Positions 20,184 to 30,230 of a stretch of DNA of 64,000 nucleotides are shown here, piece after piece. The first letter of the stretch is position 1. Each line of letters opens with the position of its first letter. The notes beneath the pieces are model-generated. The model made no database searches and was not told the origin of the DNA. It saw nothing but the letters and a program-made list of their open reading frames with translations. Source of the stretch: an uncultured archaeon (lineage in GTDB: Archaea > Thermoproteota > Nitrososphaeria > Nitrososphaerales > Gagatemarchaeaceae); the NCBI GenBank assembly GCA_963799775.1, contig CAWCYD010000003.1, positions 1,792,001 through 1,856,000 on the forward strand, given 5' to 3'. The position numbers and the translations under genes were made by a program.

Positions 20184-21131
20184 TTGACGAACCCCTCGAT
20201 TGAGGCAGTGAACCTCTCAAAGGTGTACGGCTCGTTCACAGCCCTGTCGAACCTCAACCTCAAGATCGAGGGCGCGAAGTGCGTGGGATTCCTGGGCCCG
20301 AACGGCGCCGGCAAGACGACCACGCTCAAGATATTCACCGACCTCATCAGAGCCTCTTCCGGGGAGGCACTGATCAACGGCTTCAACGTCCACTCGCACA
20401 AGAAGGCCGCCCTGGCGTCAGTGGGCACAGTGATCGAGACCCCCGAGATATACCCATCTCTGACACCGAGAGAAGCCCTCGGAATGGTGGCGGAGCTGCG
20501 AGGGGTACCGCACGCGGAGCGAAGAAAACGGATAGAGGAGGTCGTCACGGAGGTAGCAATGGAGGAATGGATCGACAAAAGGGTCGGCAAGTTCTCGAAA
20601 GGAATGAAGCAGAGGATTGACGTCGCCTCCGCGCTCTTGAACGACCCGAAGATAGTATTGCTGGACGAGCCCACCACAGGCCTGGACCCGAGAGGGATGA
20701 GCGAAGTCAGGGGCATAGTGAAGTCCTTGAAGAACAAGGACCGGCTGATTTTCATGAGCTCCCACATCCTCAGCGAAGTCTCGGACGTGTGCGACGAGGT
20801 CGCCATGATAGACCACGGGAAGCTGCTGGTCTACGACACAATCCAGAATGTCACAGCGAAGTTCTCCGGCGGAGAGAACATAGTCGATGTAGGGCTCACG
20901 CGCCCGTTGCAAGCCGGCGTGATCGACGGGTCGGTGGCCAAACTCCCTGGCGTGGTCTCGGTAGAGAGGCTGGACGACAAGCGAATGAGGATCCATTGCA
21001 GCGGCGGCCTTGACGTCCAGGAGAAAATCCTCGCTGAACTCGTCGCAATCAACATCGGAGTATCCAGCTTCACGCCCACCTCTTCCGCGCTCGAGGAATC
21101 GTATCTCAATCTAATCAAGGACACACTGTGA
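20184..21131 (+). CDS. ABC exporter ATP-binding protein
   Basis: GPNGAGKTT, FSKGMKQR, LDEPTTGLD, SSHILSEV. Confidence 0.95.
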   Translation: MTNPSIEAVNLSKVYGSFTALSNLNLKIEGAKCVGFLGPNGAGKTTTLKIFTDLIRASSGEALINGFNVHSHKKAALASVGTVIETPEIYPSLTPREALGMVAELRGVPHAERRKRIEEVVTEVAMEEWIDKRVGKFSKGMKQRIDVASALLNDPKIVLLDEPTTGLDPRGMSEVRGIVKSLKNKDRLIFMSSHILSEVSDVCDEVAMIDHGKLLVYDTIQNVTAKFSGGENIVDVGLTRPLQAGVIDGSVAKLPGVVSVERLDDKRMRIHCSGGLDVQEKILAELVAINIGVSSFTPTSSALEESYLNLIKDTL

Positions 21132-22003
21132 GAACCATGGCCCAATCTACTACCTCCGGGAACAAGGTCCCGAACAGCATAACTCAGGTGAGAATCACCA
21201 TGCGGTACACCCTCCTGGATTACTTCAGGTCTCGAAGGTTCGCGATACTCCTCGGCATCATGCTTCTCATAAGCCTAATCCTCACCGTAGTCGTGGCTCA
21301 CTACAGGCCGGCAAGCTTCGTCAGCGACGGGGTGCTCTCGTTCTACTCGGGATGGTGGGGGATGTCGGCGACGTTCGTCGTGATCCTCTCTGGAATCTTC
21401 TTCGGCGGGGACGCCATCTCTGGCGAGTTCCAGAACAAGACCGGGTACTTCACACTGCCGAACCCCATACGAAGGTCTAGCGTATACATCGGGAAATGGA
21501 TCTCCGCGTTCTTAGCCGCCTCGATAGTCCTCTTCATCTTCGCGGGGATAACAGTGGTTAACGAAGCCTACTACTTCGGGCTGAACATCCCCTGGCAGTT
21601 CGCCGAGTCGTTCCTGTTCGCATGGTTCTACCTTATCGCCGTCCTTGGGTTCACCTTCTTCTTCAGTTCTCTTTTCAAAAGCACCTCCTACTCAATCCTA
21701 GTGACCGCAATACTCTTCCTCTTCGCGTTCACGCTCATAGAGACCCTCGTCGCCGCCCTCGCCCAAATCGAGCCGTGGTTCATCCTGACCTACGGGTCCG
21801 AAATAATCGGTAACGTGCTCGCTTCGCCCTACCCCGCACACATCACGACAATATCGGGCGCGTTCGGACGCGGCGGCGCTGCTGCACCAAAATTCACCAC
21901 CTTCAACGTCACCGTCCCGGAAGGCCTCGTGATAATCGCCGCCTATTTCATAGTCACCGCCATCTTGGGCCTAGTCCTCTTTGAAAGGAAAGAGTTCAAC
22001 TGA
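21128..22003 (+). CDS. ABC-2 type permease
   Basis: GGDAISGEFQNKTGY...PIRRSSVYIGK, multiple TM helices. Confidence 0.9.
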   Translation: MRTMAQSTTSGNKVPNSITQVRITMRYTLLDYFRSRRFAILLGIMLLISLILTVVVAHYRPASFVSDGVLSFYSGWWGMSATFVVILSGIFFGGDAISGEFQNKTGYFTLPNPIRRSSVYIGKWISAFLAASIVLFIFAGITVVNEAYYFGLNIPWQFAESFLFAWFYLIAVLGFTFFFSSLFKSTSYSILVTAILFLFAFTLIETLVAALAQIEPWFILTYGSEIIGNVLASPYPAHITTISGAFGRGGAAAPKFTTFNVTVPEGLVIIAAYFIVTAILGLVLFERKEFN

Positions 22004-22066
22004 AGACAGCGCGAATCAGGCCTTAGGCGGTTCGCCCGATTTTTCCAGCGCGAGCTTCCGCCGCTT

Positions 22067-22288
22067 CTAACCTTGTTGCATTGCAGCGGGGCTCTTGGCC
22101 TTCTTCGAGACTGCCCCGAAAGCGACCATCGCGATTCCTACCACCGCCAGGAGGGCGCCCAAGTAGATGAATGTCGAGTTGTTGTCCATCAGGCTACTCC
22201 CACCCATGATTCCGGCCCCTTGTGACGCCCACCCAATCCCGATGAGCAAGAGTATCACTCCGATGACGATTGGAATCGCCCTTCTCAT
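22067..22288 (-). CDS. Small two-TM membrane protein
   Basis: MRRAIPIVIGVILLLIGIGWASQGAG...; two hydrophobic helices. Confidence 0.65.
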   Translation of the reverse strand: MRRAIPIVIGVILLLIGIGWASQGAGIMGGSSLMDNNSTFIYLGALLAVVGIAMVAFGAVSKKAKSPAAMQQG

Positions 22289-22396
22289 TTCGCCATCATC
22301 TCTTGGTCCACGCGCAGATATTTTAGGGGTTGCTCGGGAGCTGAACGTCTCAACAGGCCTGCTTGGTAGCACCACCCCCCCGGCCGGTCGAATGAA

Positions 22397-22484
22397 TGGT
22401 GCGGGAGGTGGGATTCGAACCCACGAACCCCTAAGGGACGAGGTCCTGAGCCTCGCGCCGTTGACCAGGCTGGGCGACTCCCGC
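22397..22484 (-). tRNA. tRNA-Leu(CAG), no intron, CCA encoded
   Basis: GCGGGAG acceptor, CGAGG-CTCAGGA-CCTCG anticodon arm, variable arm, GTGGGTTCGAATCCCAC. Confidence 0.96.
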
Positions 22485-22556
22485 GCAGAGAGAGGCGCCG
22501 CGCGAACAACGACTTAACCTAATCGGAGCGAACCAGACAAAATACGGGGATGGGCC

Positions 22557-22952
22557 TCAAAGCCCCCAGCTCACTATCTTGGTCGGGGTCACGACAAGGA
22601 TCGGAGACTCTCCCTCTCCCCAAGGATTCTTCCTGTAGGTCTCGAACCTGTCGAAGAGAATCTTGAGCAGTCGAAGATACTCCGGCCCCTTCTCATACGT
22701 CCGACACGTGCCTTCCACCACCACCGCCTTGTTAGGATGGAATTGATCTACGACCAACCCCACTTGCGGATTCTCCTTCACGTTCTTGAGCTTCTTCGTC
22801 CCATAATCCGTCGCTATCACGAAGCTCGTCTTGTCCATCGCATAGATGACGGGTGTAACCTGGGGCCTTGCGTCCTTGGAGGCCGTCGCAAACCGGCAGA
22901 CCTCGTTGGCCCGCAAGAACTTCTCTTCTTTGGCGGTGAACTTTCTGACCAT
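22557..22952 (-). CDS. Pyridoxamine 5'-phosphate oxidase-like (PPOX) protein
   Basis: CRFATASKDARPQVTPV...KLKNVKENPQVGLVVD. Confidence 0.85.
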   Translation of the reverse strand: MVRKFTAKEEKFLRANEVCRFATASKDARPQVTPVIYAMDKTSFVIATDYGTKKLKNVKENPQVGLVVDQFHPNKAVVVEGTCRTYEKGPEYLRLLKILFDRFETYRKNPWGEGESPILVVTPTKIVSWGL

Positions 22953-23069
22953 AATATCCTCGGACCGAGCTCAGGTCTCCTTTACGCGTTTCCAAGATGG
23001 AAATCCGAGCAAGACGGCCTCCAGCGCTTCAGAACGGATAAAATGCTGTGGCTTGGGTGGTGCGCTGGC

Positions 23070-23146
23070 GCCGCGATAGCTCAGCCTGGTAGAGCGTTAC
23101 CTTGGTAAGGTAAAGGTCGCGTGTTCAATTCCCGCTCGCGGCTCCA
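23070..23146 (+). tRNA. tRNA-Thr(GGT), no intron, CCA encoded
   Basis: GCCGCGA/TCGCGGC acceptor, TTACC-TTGGTAA-GGTAA anticodon arm; one T-stem mismatch (GCGTG/CCCGC). Confidence 0.9.
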
Positions 23147-23152
23147 ATCCTA

Positions 23153-24136
23153 TCAAGACGCCATCGAAGATTTTCGGATTTTTCTCTTGATTGTTTGAAT
23201 CTTGACGTAGACGTCGAAATCCTCGAGAACCCTGTTTCGAATCTCAGGAGCGGGTAACCCTTTCGCAATCAAGGCTTGTACCACTTCTTCAAGCCAATCG
23301 GGCCAAGTCGGCCCTTGAAACGTTCTCGCGCCCACCATTTTCTCCAACAACTTTCTTCGGTAGGTAAGGACAGCCGGACTGAAGATTTGAATTTTCGCGG
23401 CCGTCGGTGCATCTACGGCTACATAGCCGTAGCCACGGGAGAACCTGATTACGCTCTTGACGCCCAAGGACACGAAAATTCTATGAAAGAAATGCGTATT
23501 CGGAGAGCTTGTTATCTCGATTAACTTGTTCCTCAGATTCACACTCCCATCCGAATCTGCGATTCCCCTCAAGAACCAGAGGCGGAACACTACTGGCGCG
23601 TCAAGCAACCAGTCCATCTTCACTGGATGCAACGTCGTCCTCTCATCCCAGTTCATGCCAAGAGCTGCCACATGTAGCCAACCTACAACAGGAGAGAAGG
23701 TAGACTTCCAAAAGAAGGACCCGTTAGGATTGCTTTTCAAAACAGGTCTGTCTTTGTAGCGCTTGAACCATATACCAATCATCCTAACGCACTCTGCTAC
23801 GTGCTCTCCGAGGTCCAGATTTTCGGGATGCTTCTTGGTGAGTTGCATAGCAATCCTCGCGGAGAGTCTTCGCTCATTCCCGTAGTCCTTGCCAAAATCA
23901 CCCACGCACCAACCCAGCAAGTAATACATTGAGGCAAGGAATCGATCACGGTCGACAACCGCGACTCCAGTGAGGCACTCGACTACCTTTAGCATTACGG
24001 AATCGAATTGCTTATGCGAGGCGGCACGCCCGGGAACAATTACCGACTTTGTGCGCTTCCGGTCGAGGTATAGACGGAAAAACTCGATTTCAGCGGACGA
24101 TTCCGCCGTAGGCTCTTCTTGAACAGAAACGAGCAC
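23153..24136 (-). CDS. Free-standing double-motif LAGLIDADG endonuclease-like protein
   Basis: YLLGWCVGDFG and WFLRGIADSDGSV motifs; no intein splicing motifs or host gene; lower GC. Confidence 0.75.
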   Translation of the reverse strand: MLVSVQEEPTAESSAEIEFFRLYLDRKRTKSVIVPGRAASHKQFDSVMLKVVECLTGVAVVDRDRFLASMYYLLGWCVGDFGKDYGNERRLSARIAMQLTKKHPENLDLGEHVAECVRMIGIWFKRYKDRPVLKSNPNGSFFWKSTFSPVVGWLHVAALGMNWDERTTLHPVKMDWLLDAPVVFRLWFLRGIADSDGSVNLRNKLIEITSSPNTHFFHRIFVSLGVKSVIRFSRGYGYVAVDAPTAAKIQIFSPAVLTYRRKLLEKMVGARTFQGPTWPDWLEEVVQALIAKGLPAPEIRNRVLEDFDVYVKIQTIKRKIRKSSMAS

Positions 24137-24446
24137 AAGCTAGTATACTCATTTTACATTTAAGCGCCACCCGACTTGAAGAAAAAAGTACCGGGGGCGG
24201 ATTTAACGCTTCAGATTAGGTTACCTATCAGAAACGGATGGTCGTGATAATTATGCTATCGGCAGGAGATCAGAATACAAAGACCGGGCACAAGAATTCC
24301 TAGTGAGAATCTCAGCACTAATGCTGCTCGGAATAACACTTCGGATAGACTTTCGTCGATTCTCAAGGTTAGTAGTATGAACGCCAACTACGTAGAGTGA
24401 GTTCATCCCGGATATATTGACCGCAATGGACACCCAGGATTAGACG

Positions 24447-25643
24447 ATGCAGTTCTCAAATCTGCGAGGTATCAGCTCAAGGCCAAAGAGCGTCCGGTTA
24501 GGTTCTGCTCTCATGTTGGGCTTACTATTCTTTATGGCTTTCTCCAGAATTTCACCCGTCCTCGGGTCAACCATTTCGACCTCTTGCTCAACTAGGATTT
24601 TGCACGCCGGTGTTCTCAGCGCGACCGCCAACGTGAATCAAGCACTCGCCAACCAGACTGCCGCGCCAGTTGTTGCAACCTACACCACCTCTGAGAGTCT
24701 CACTTTTGACAGTGTGTTTTACTACCTGCACTGGAGTCCTAACTGTTCTGTCTCCATACAGAACGTCATCGTAGCCTATTACATGAAGACATCAAATGGC
24801 ACGATAAGTGTGCTTGAAATGTTCGAGAATCCGTCCCTAACAACTGTCATTCAAACGTCGATTCTACCTTGGATTGTTCATTCAGCCCCCGATTATGTAG
24901 GTTACGAGTACTACGAGGCACATGGGTTCCTGTTCAATCTTGCTGATTGGGCCGTGCCCTCTCTTGCCGGTCCGGGATATTCCAATGACAGTACTAATCT
25001 TTGTAACGATTCGTATTATAACAGTGAATGTGATTTCAGCTTCTGGGTGGGGCAAACGGCCAGCCATGCAGATAGTTACATTGCCCAGGCCGGAGCAGAT
25101 TCTTACTGCACAGGCACTTGCAGTTCCTCCTCCTACTCCTATGACGACTGGTGGGAATTCTACATTCAGAGTGACGCTCCTTACTATGGGACTTTTGGGT
25201 CTTGTAGTGCTGGTTCAGGCAATAGTGTCAGCGCGGAAGTCGATGACCTGTCGATGCAAAAATACAGCGCATCGATATACAATTACGCCGACTCAACGAT
25301 TTGCGACAATAACTCTCCTTCCAACTTCAGCATGGGCACAGCACACTATTCCGATTTTGTCGGAGAGACACCGCCTGGGACCGCAGGATATGATGCCTTG
25401 CCTGACTTCAACACGCTTTCAGTGTCCGGTGCCGAGTATGAGGATACGTCTAGCAACCTCTACTATGCCAGCAGTAGTTGGAGCTACCTCGATCTCTTGA
25501 CGTTCCCGTATACACCATCCACTACTTGTCAAGGAAGCAGCTACGACTGGAATGTTTGCCCAAGCGTGCCAAATAGCTCAACCGGCGACTTCACAGAGAA
25601 CTGGGTGACAGACTATGGCTATTCGGATTACGATGAGCGATGA
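24447..25643 (+). CDS. Secreted glutamic peptidase (G1/eqolisin-like), paralog 1
   Basis: Signal peptide and pro-region; YVGY, ADWAVP, SFWVG, IAQAG (catalytic Gln), WWEF, FVGETP (catalytic Glu), LPDF. Confidence 0.7.
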   Translation: MQFSNLRGISSRPKSVRLGSALMLGLLFFMAFSRISPVLGSTISTSCSTRILHAGVLSATANVNQALANQTAAPVVATYTTSESLTFDSVFYYLHWSPNCSVSIQNVIVAYYMKTSNGTISVLEMFENPSLTTVIQTSILPWIVHSAPDYVGYEYYEAHGFLFNLADWAVPSLAGPGYSNDSTNLCNDSYYNSECDFSFWVGQTASHADSYIAQAGADSYCTGTCSSSSYSYDDWWEFYIQSDAPYYGTFGSCSAGSGNSVSAEVDDLSMQKYSASIYNYADSTICDNNSPSNFSMGTAHYSDFVGETPPGTAGYDALPDFNTLSVSGAEYEDTSSNLYYASSSWSYLDLLTFPYTPSTTCQGSSYDWNVCPSVPNSSTGDFTENWVTDYGYSDYDER

Positions 25644-25708
25644 GTGGCCGAGCCAAGCATTATAGCAAAATCTCAAAGACCTTAGAGCCCCTTTGTCGTG
25701 GTATTGCG

Positions 25709-26618
25709 ATGTCACGTGACATCCGATGGATTTCATTGAGCGCGATTGCCGTGACTGTTATCTTGTTGCTAGCTGCGTTTGTGATTATTCACCCAATCAC
25801 AAATGACACGTCTACACGGTCTGCTAACTCATCTGTCGTCTCGGATGGGACAACCAGCGGCATCGTCGCCGCGGCTAGCACTGTCACAACAACCGCAACT
25901 AGGTTTAGCAACTTCACAACCACAGTGACTACGACAAGTACTTTTAGAACAACGAGGGTGGTCACGCCTCCTGGGGGAAACGGTACTCTCGTCTCAACTC
26001 TGAGTCCGAATGGAATCATGCTCTTAGCTGCTGTGAATGCTAGCAGTCTGACAGTTGGGCAATCTCTACAGTTCAATGTCTCCCTATTCAACACCCTCTC
26101 AACGGTGAACAGCACCCCCGTTTCTCACAATTGGCTGTTTCAGGGTATCCCAATTGCTCTGTGGGGTAACTGTGCCGTGAATGCCGGAGCGCCGGCTCCG
26201 GTTGAGGTCGATGTCTTCCAGGGGTACTATGCCCTACAGAACCTGTCCTCCGCGACGAAGAATGTCTTCGTTCCATCCAGCCAAGGCTGCCATGAATCGA
26301 CGAGCGTTAGCCAGGTAACATTCTGGCCCGCAAGCTCACTTGCAAACCTAACCTTGGTCGTCAACCAGAAAAACGTAACCTCGGGGCCACGTGAAATCAC
26401 AGATCAGTACACCACTCGAGGCTATTGGAACCTCACTTACAATATGACTCCCAACGACAGGAATCCCGAGGTTCACTGCTTTCATAACCTATGGAAGCGA
26501 AGCTGAAGGATTCGCGCCCACGCCGATTGCCTTTGTTCCTGGGACCTACACTTTGGCGGTTTCAGACGAGTGGGGCCTGGGGGTGTTACTGCATTTCTAC
26601 GTGGAACCTGATGGTTGA
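25709..26618 (+). CDS. Membrane-anchored Thr-rich partner protein, paralog 1 (frameshift near 26470)
   Basis: TM helix, Thr linker, SPNGIMLL...VSLFN; alternate frame ends PGTYTLAVSDEWG, matching the C-terminus of 33648-34514. Confidence 0.7.
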
Positions 26619-26773
26619 CGCGCCTAGAATTGGAAACTGCCCGCTATATAGATCTGTGGGATTCCAGCAAAAATCCACTCCTAGTAGATGTCTTCTCCTG
26701 CTCCTCCATTGTTGGACATTACCCCACTTGTCATTCCATCCTTAAAATGGTCGGCAGCTATGATAATAAAAAG

Positions 26774-26925
26774 TACCGGGGGCGGGATTCTCATGCCAGT
26801 GCATTTCGAGCCCGCGACCTTCGGGGATATCGCTATCCTCTCCGGATTTCACATCTTGGCCGATTATGAGTCTCGCCCACGCATGGGCGTAGCCGGCGCA
26901 ATGGGCCAAGCTATGCTACCCCGGC
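26774..26925 (-). tRNA. tRNA-Met(CAT), elongator type, with four introns (30/31, 37/38, 45/46, 59/60)
   Basis: Removing 26892-26872, 26864-26848, 26839-26819 and 26804-26788 gives a 76-nt cloverleaf (CCGGA-CTCATAA-TCCGG); each intron forms a BHB-type structure. Confidence 0.85.
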
Positions 26926-27051
26926 GACTTTCACGGTCCGAAGTAAGTATGTAATCTTTCCGTGGCGCTGCGAGATTTCTATGCGACTCTCCGTTCTCGG
27001 TCGCCACCCAGAATGCTTTTCTACACCAGCCCCGCGCGGCAGGTTCGGACA

Positions 27052-27183
27052 ATGCAGATTCCGGTGCTGGACGTCACCAGCTACTATGGCTTCCTGAGCG
27101 GGCTGATGATCACGCTCTTCATAGTCAGCCTGATAATCATCTTCGTCTACGAGTACGAAGTGCTCCGCCGACCAAAGACCTGA
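27052..27183 (+). CDS. Small single-TM protein
   Basis: MQIPVLDVTSYYGFLSGLMITLFIVSLIIIFVYEYEVLRRPKT; host-like codons. Confidence 0.5.
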   Translation: MQIPVLDVTSYYGFLSGLMITLFIVSLIIIFVYEYEVLRRPKT

Positions 27184-27202
27184 GCTTTCCGCGATAACCC
27201 TT

Positions 27203-28378
27203 CTACGGCAGCCGCTCTATCTTTGTGGAGCGCCCGAGCTCAAGCGTCTCCGCTCCCATCTTCGAGAGTTGGACAGAAGCCCCATGGACCCGGAGCTTCT
27301 CCCCCGCCTTGATGTCGGCGATGATCTTCGACGTCTCGTCCCAAGCGACCGCCGTGATCTCTCCCGTGTCATCACCAAACACGACCTCACCCTTCTTGGC
27401 AAGCGACCCGTCCTTCAAGTTGACCTCTCGCACGCTCCCCTTTGAGAGGGCCATCACCTCGAGGTCGACGCTGCCCGAGGGGTGTTTCTCCACCTCCGCT
27501 ATCTTGACGAGCCGAGGCTTCTGCTCGGTGGCACCTTCGATTGTGTGGATCACCGTCGCACTGTCCCCGTGCAGCTCCGCCTGGTCCTGCCTCCCCTTCT
27601 TCTGCCTCAGGTTCGTCACCCGGATTTTGGCCCCAGGCTTCACGTCAGGCAGGTCGACGGCGTCCCAGACGACCACCCTCGTCGTCTTGTCGCGAGGGCC
27701 CTTTAGCTCGAACTGGGTGAGAGACCCCTGCGAGCCGTCGTCACGACGGACGAAAGTCGACCGCCTGGTCTCCATGACGACCAGCCCGTCCACTGCGAGG
27801 ACGATTTCTCCGTCCTCGATGTCATCCGGGTTCTTAGCCAACGAAGAGAGCGAGACCATCTTCGACGAGATGGCCGAGTCTGTGATGAGCTCAATCCTGC
27901 CCCGTTTCCCTAGGTTGAGGGCGGGCTTGCCGTCCAGACCCTGCTTGACGTACGCGCTCACAATCCGCACCGGCATGTCGACCGTCATCCCCGAGAGCTT
28001 GATCGCCTCCTCGTTGTCTTCCCAGATTGTGAGCCTGGCGATTCCGTTGGCGTCGAAGAGGTTCACCCTTCTGTAGTGCCCCACGCCGCTGCCATCCTTC
28101 TTCTTGAACTCCGCGACAGGGTAGATCGCCAGGATTCGAGCAATCACCGTGGTGTCGTTTGCGCCGACGTGAAGGTCCTTCAGTGTCAGGTCGGAGCTCA
28201 CCATGTGCTGGAGCTTCACCCCGAGCTCTCCGGCCACCAGGAAGAGGGCGCCCTGGTCCGTCAGGTACCCCGAGCCCACAGTCCGCTTCTTCTCCTGGAT
28301 CTGTTGCATCAACGAATCCCTGTCGATGTCAGGCCTGCTCCGCAGCACCTCGGCAATCAGACCTTCGAAATCGAGCAT
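27203..28378 (-). CDS. rpa: Replication protein A / multi-OB-fold ssDNA-binding protein
   Basis: GYLTDQGALFLVA N-terminus and three OB folds (ARLTIW, TRVVVW, GDDTGEITAVAW). Confidence 0.85.
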   Translation of the reverse strand: MLDFEGLIAEVLRSRPDIDRDSLMQQIQEKKRTVGSGYLTDQGALFLVAGELGVKLQHMVSSDLTLKDLHVGANDTTVIARILAIYPVAEFKKKDGSGVGHYRRVNLFDANGIARLTIWEDNEEAIKLSGMTVDMPVRIVSAYVKQGLDGKPALNLGKRGRIELITDSAISSKMVSLSSLAKNPDDIEDGEIVLAVDGLVVMETRRSTFVRRDDGSQGSLTQFELKGPRDKTTRVVVWDAVDLPDVKPGAKIRVTNLRQKKGRQDQAELHGDSATVIHTIEGATEQKPRLVKIAEVEKHPSGSVDLEVMALSKGSVREVNLKDGSLAKKGEVVFGDDTGEITAVAWDETSKIIADIKAGEKLRVHGASVQLSKMGAETLELGRSTKIERLP

Positions 28379-28388
28379 CCCTGGGCAC

Positions 28389-29737
28389 TCACTTCTCCGC
28401 GTCCACTTTGGCTATCGCGCTCTCCATCACGTCAAGACCCTCTTCGAGCTCGTCTTCCGCGACGTTGAGCGGCGGGATCACCCTGAGGGTGTTCACTCCT
28501 GCCATGATCAGAATCAGCCCATCCTCGAAGCAGGCTTTCGTGATCGCCTGCGCCTCCTTCACCCCGCGCTCCTTCCCTTTCTTGCTCTTGACTATCTCCA
28601 GGCCGATGAACAGCCCCCTGCCTCTCACATCCCCGACTATCTCGTGCTCCTCCTTCATCTCCTCGAGCCTCCTCATTGCGATCCTCCCCATCTTCGTCGC
28701 GTTCTCCATCAATCTCTCCGAGTTAATTACCTCCAATGTCGCGAGCGCGGCCTCCACGGCGACGGGGTTGGCTCCGAACGTGGAGGCGTGCTGCCCCGCC
28801 ACCCACGAGCGCATGACGTCCGCCTCAGCTATCATCCCTCCCAGGGGCAGCCCAGAGGCCAGCCCTTTGGCGACCGTGATGATGTCTGGCGTCAGGTGGA
28901 AGTGCTCTACGGCGAAGAACTTGCCTGACCTCCCGATCCCCGTCTGCACCTCGTCCGCGACGAAGATGCACCCTCCTTCCGCATGAAGCCCATCTTCTTG
29001 AAGTACTCCGGAGGCGGGAGGACGTACCCGCCCTCCCCCTGGAAGGGCTCGAAGAAGTACGCCGCCACATCCCCAAGAGGGACGAACTTGTCGACGTATT
29101 GCTCCTTGAAGTAGTCGACGCAGTAGTAGTCGCACTCTGGGAAGGTCTGCTTCCACGGGCACCGGTAGCAGTAGGGGAACGGGAAGTGGACGACCTCCGG
29201 AAGGAGCGGAAATGCACCCTTCCTCTGGACTGGCTTGCTCGCCGTCAGGCTGAGGGCTCCCATGGTCCTCCCGTGGAACCCGCCCGAATGAGCCAAGAAC
29301 AGCGGCCTCTTCGTGTAGTTCCTCGCGAGCTTCATCGCGGCTTCGTTGGCCTCGGCCCCGCTGTTGCCCCAGTAGACCATCTTCTCGGAGCTACCGGGGA
29401 CGAGGGCGCAGAGCTTCTCCGCCAAGGTAACGAGGTTCTCGTAGTAAAAGTCGGTATAGGAGAAGTGAAGGAACTTGTCGAGCTGCTTCTTCGCGGCCGC
29501 GACCACCTTCGGGTGGGTCGAGCCTGTGCTCAGGACCGCTATCCCCGATGAGAAGTCGATGAACTTGTTCCCGTCCACGTCGGTGACAATCGAGCCGTGC
29601 GCAGACTCGACGACCAGCGGCGCGTCCCTCGCAATCGAAGGCGAGATCACCTTGGAGGTCCTGGCGATCACCGCTCTGGCCTTTGGGCCGGGGACTCCGC
29701 CCTTTACCATCCTCAGACTCTTCTTGCTAGATGGCAA
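28389..29737 (-). CDS. Class III aminotransferase (4-aminobutyrate/acetylornithine type), frameshifted near 28985
   Basis: NSGAEANEAAMK, FHGRT, EPFQGEGG, then DEVQTGIGRSG and AKGLASG in the second frame. Confidence 0.9.
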
Positions 29738-29788
29738 TCGACGACCTCTTCAAGCGAATACCTTCCCCCGGCTCTGAAGTTAGGGGGA

Positions 29789-30103
29789 CTAGGCGGGAGG
29801 AGCAGGCACGTGCGTCTTCTGCTTGGGCACGGACAGCTCGATCTCCAAGACAGGGAGGCTGAGCTGCCTTCCGTCCCTAGAGACCACGTTCTCTCCGTCT
29901 ATCCGGATGTGCGAGATCTCCACCTTGCTCATGAACCGCTTCTTGAGGAGCTGGACGACGTCGACCGCCTTGTTGATGGCCTCGCCCCTAGACCTGAGGA
30001 CCACGCACTCTGCCCCGCTGTTGAACATGGTTATGCAGGCTGTGATGTATGCAAGAGGCTCTTTGTACTGACCCACGATTACTGTTTTCGTCTCTCCGGA
30101 CAT
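29789..30103 (-). CDS. albA: Alba chromatin protein
   Basis: VVLRSRGEAINKAVDVV...LEIEL; ATG at 30103. Confidence 0.85.
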   Translation of the reverse strand: MSGETKTVIVGQYKEPLAYITACITMFNSGAECVVLRSRGEAINKAVDVVQLLKKRFMSKVEISHIRIDGENVVSRDGRQLSLPVLEIELSVPKQKTHVPAPPA

Positions 30104-30230
30104 GCTCGGGGCATTCGCCTTCCGCCTTATAACAACTCTGGCGGGAGCCATCAGTGACGGGTCTCCTTTGCTGACGGAACGGCGAAACAGGGAATATAAG
30201 CGGAGGCTCAGGAGGGGAGGCCCGTGCAGA

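Larger units (their letters stand above)
24183..26785. mobile_element. About 2.6 kb islet bounded by an att-like direct repeat of the tRNA-Met 3' end
   Basis: AAAAAGTACCGGGGGCGG at 24183-24200 and 26768-26785; lower-GC interior; no integrase inside. Confidence 0.7.
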
